A stretch of DNA of 64,000 nucleotides from Dudresnaya verticillata (taxonomy: Eukaryota): the NCBI GenBank assembly GCA_977862235.1, contig OZ374560.1:372001-436000 (forward strand), written 5' to 3'. Below are positions 62,422 to 64,000 of the stretch, one piece after another; position 1 is the first letter of the stretch; each line of letters opens with the position of its first letter. Both the position numbers and the translations under genes were made by a program. Under the pieces are notes generated by a model. That model saw nothing but the letters and a program-made list of their open reading frames with translations. It had not been told where the DNA came from and ran no database searches.

Positions 62422-62706
62422 TGTTAGCGGTATTGTATTCTGAATGAATATCTTTTGTTGGTTGTGCTTTTAGAAAAGCACAACAAAAGCTTTTCTTTTG
62501 GTCCTTGGGAGGACGCAAGCTCTTTTTTATGTACTACAGAACTAAGCATCTCTTTCTCCGTAATTGTAACTATTGTATTACGGGAGAGTTCCTCTCCGCT
62601 ACACAAACTAAAATGTTCACTGTGCTAAAGTGACAGCCAGCGATGGCTGATGGTAAAGCTGTTCACGGCAGCGACGTGAGATTGCGCAAATATGGAATCC
62701 CTGATA
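62422..62706 (-). repeat. Copia 5' LTR (285 bp)
   Basis: Homologous to 2803-3062, with many substitutions and a ~22-nt indel. Confidence 0.9.
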
Positions 62707-63415
62707 GGTTTTACTACTTTTGGCAGAAATGTTACTTGTACTTCCGTGCAACGAATCAGTTTTCGATCGGGAGCTTCGGTTTCGCATTCTCCCAGTGTAG
62801 GTTACTCTCCAGCTTCGCACGTACACAAACCCGCGGGACTCGATCCCACGACCTCCATGGCGGACCAAGCAAAAAGACACCAATAAGCTATTGCCGCTTC
62901 CCTGTGGATTTTCTTGGTGTAGTGCTGTGATGCCCCCTACTTAAGATCCTACTTCAGTAGGTATCTTCATATCAGAAACTGAAATTGTGGAAAGCCCATC
63001 GGAACCCCTTTTAGACAGAAAATAAACGATACATCCGACATTGTGGATTGCTTGTTCGGAACGTAGAGATTAGGTTTCTAATGGGTCTAGACTCTAGACT
63101 GTAGAGACGCCAGTGGTGAGGAGATAGCGGCCCGATGATGTTAACCTTATGGGCTTATGTACGCTGTGATGATGATGATGAAGAGGTGTGAAGAGTTGGG
63201 TGTGAGAGGGATTTAGAAGATGTCTGCTTGGGGAATGAAGTTGTGAAAAGCATGTGACAATCGAAAGTTTTCTGGATTTCAAAGGGTACTCTCTGTATTA
63301 TTGTGAATTAATCAATGCTGCATTCAGCGTTCCTGGTAGTGTCTAGATGTTGTCCGTATCTTCAAGCCAATAGGGGTGTTTAGGAGAGGATCGAAGAGGT
63401 ATAGAATATTATGCC

Positions 63416-63418
63416 TAT

Positions 63419-63491
<73 letters not shown>

Positions 63492-63505
63492 GTACATATA
63501 CATAC

Positions 63506-63592
<87 letters not shown>

Positions 63593-63606
63593 GTACATAT
63601 ACATAC

Positions 63607-63637
<31 letters not shown>

Positions 63638-63655
63638 TATACATACATATATATA
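63416..63655. repeat. (ATATAC)n microsatellite
   Basis: Direct observation; variant CAGTACATATACATACAC occurs twice (63490, 63591). Confidence 0.97.
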
Positions 63656-64000
63656 GGCATAATAGTCAAAATAGTAATTCAAGCAAGAAGCCTGGTAGAC
63701 AGATGGATGTAGTAAATGCAACGATGTTTCATGTAAACTTATCAAGTGACGCAGTTATCATACTGGTGAGCGATGTGGCCATTTCGGGAGGCATTAGACT
63801 CTATCTCATGTTGTCTTAGCATCCCTCTGTTTAATATTGCTTGTTGCTTTCGTAAGGTAAACAGCGATAGAATACGCGAGCAGTGTGTCGGTACCAGGCC
63901 TCACCCCTTTTTACTGCATGCCCTACGGATCTTGTTATTTTGGTGCGGCGAAGATAATATAAGCGCTTTCGGAGATGCTGCCCTCTCGCAGATATGCAAG

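Larger units (their letters stand above)
2803..62706 (-). mobile_element. Old Ty1/Copia LTR retrotransposon expanded to ~60 kb by nested insertions; most of its own pol is missing
   Basis: Homologous LTRs at 2803-3062 and 62422-62706 in the same orientation; GGTTT at 2798-2802 and 62707-62711; PBS next to the right LTR, PPT next to the left LTR; gag in two pieces. Confidence 0.88.

Noticed and set aside
62712..63100. Possible decayed minus-strand reading frame continuing across the Copia site into 2600-2797
   Set aside because: Many stops and no recognisable domain; cannot be supported by eye
63324..63819. ORFs with YM/IC/HI/YT dipeptide repeats
   Set aside because: Artefacts of the stop-free (ATATAC)n repeat

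Overview
This is eukaryotic, almost wholly transposon-derived DNA; the element style suggests a red seaweed, but that is unverified. One likely host gene (Tudor-like domain, 105-971, minus) lies at the left. Most of the window (2803-62706) sits inside one old Ty1/Copia element whose two LTRs share a GGTTT target-site duplication (TSD). Nested inside it are four Ty3/Gypsy elements (one complete with near-identical LTRs, three truncated; two retain a chromodomain), five solo LTRs, a 21-bp LTR remnant, an 850-bp LTR-like element with ~215-bp terminal inverted repeats, and two related CAC-starting DNA-transposon-like ends. There is also a head-to-tail array of three (possibly four) different Helitrons and a decayed gene cluster that includes a ParB/Srx-like pseudogene. 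The most notable points are two LTR families inserted at exactly the same CATAG site, the fold-back LTR, Helitrons docked precisely at each other's 5' ends, the ParB-like cargo, and a possibly ORF-bearing long LTR. Family labels (A-E, H-a to H-d) are my own. All alignments were done by eye.
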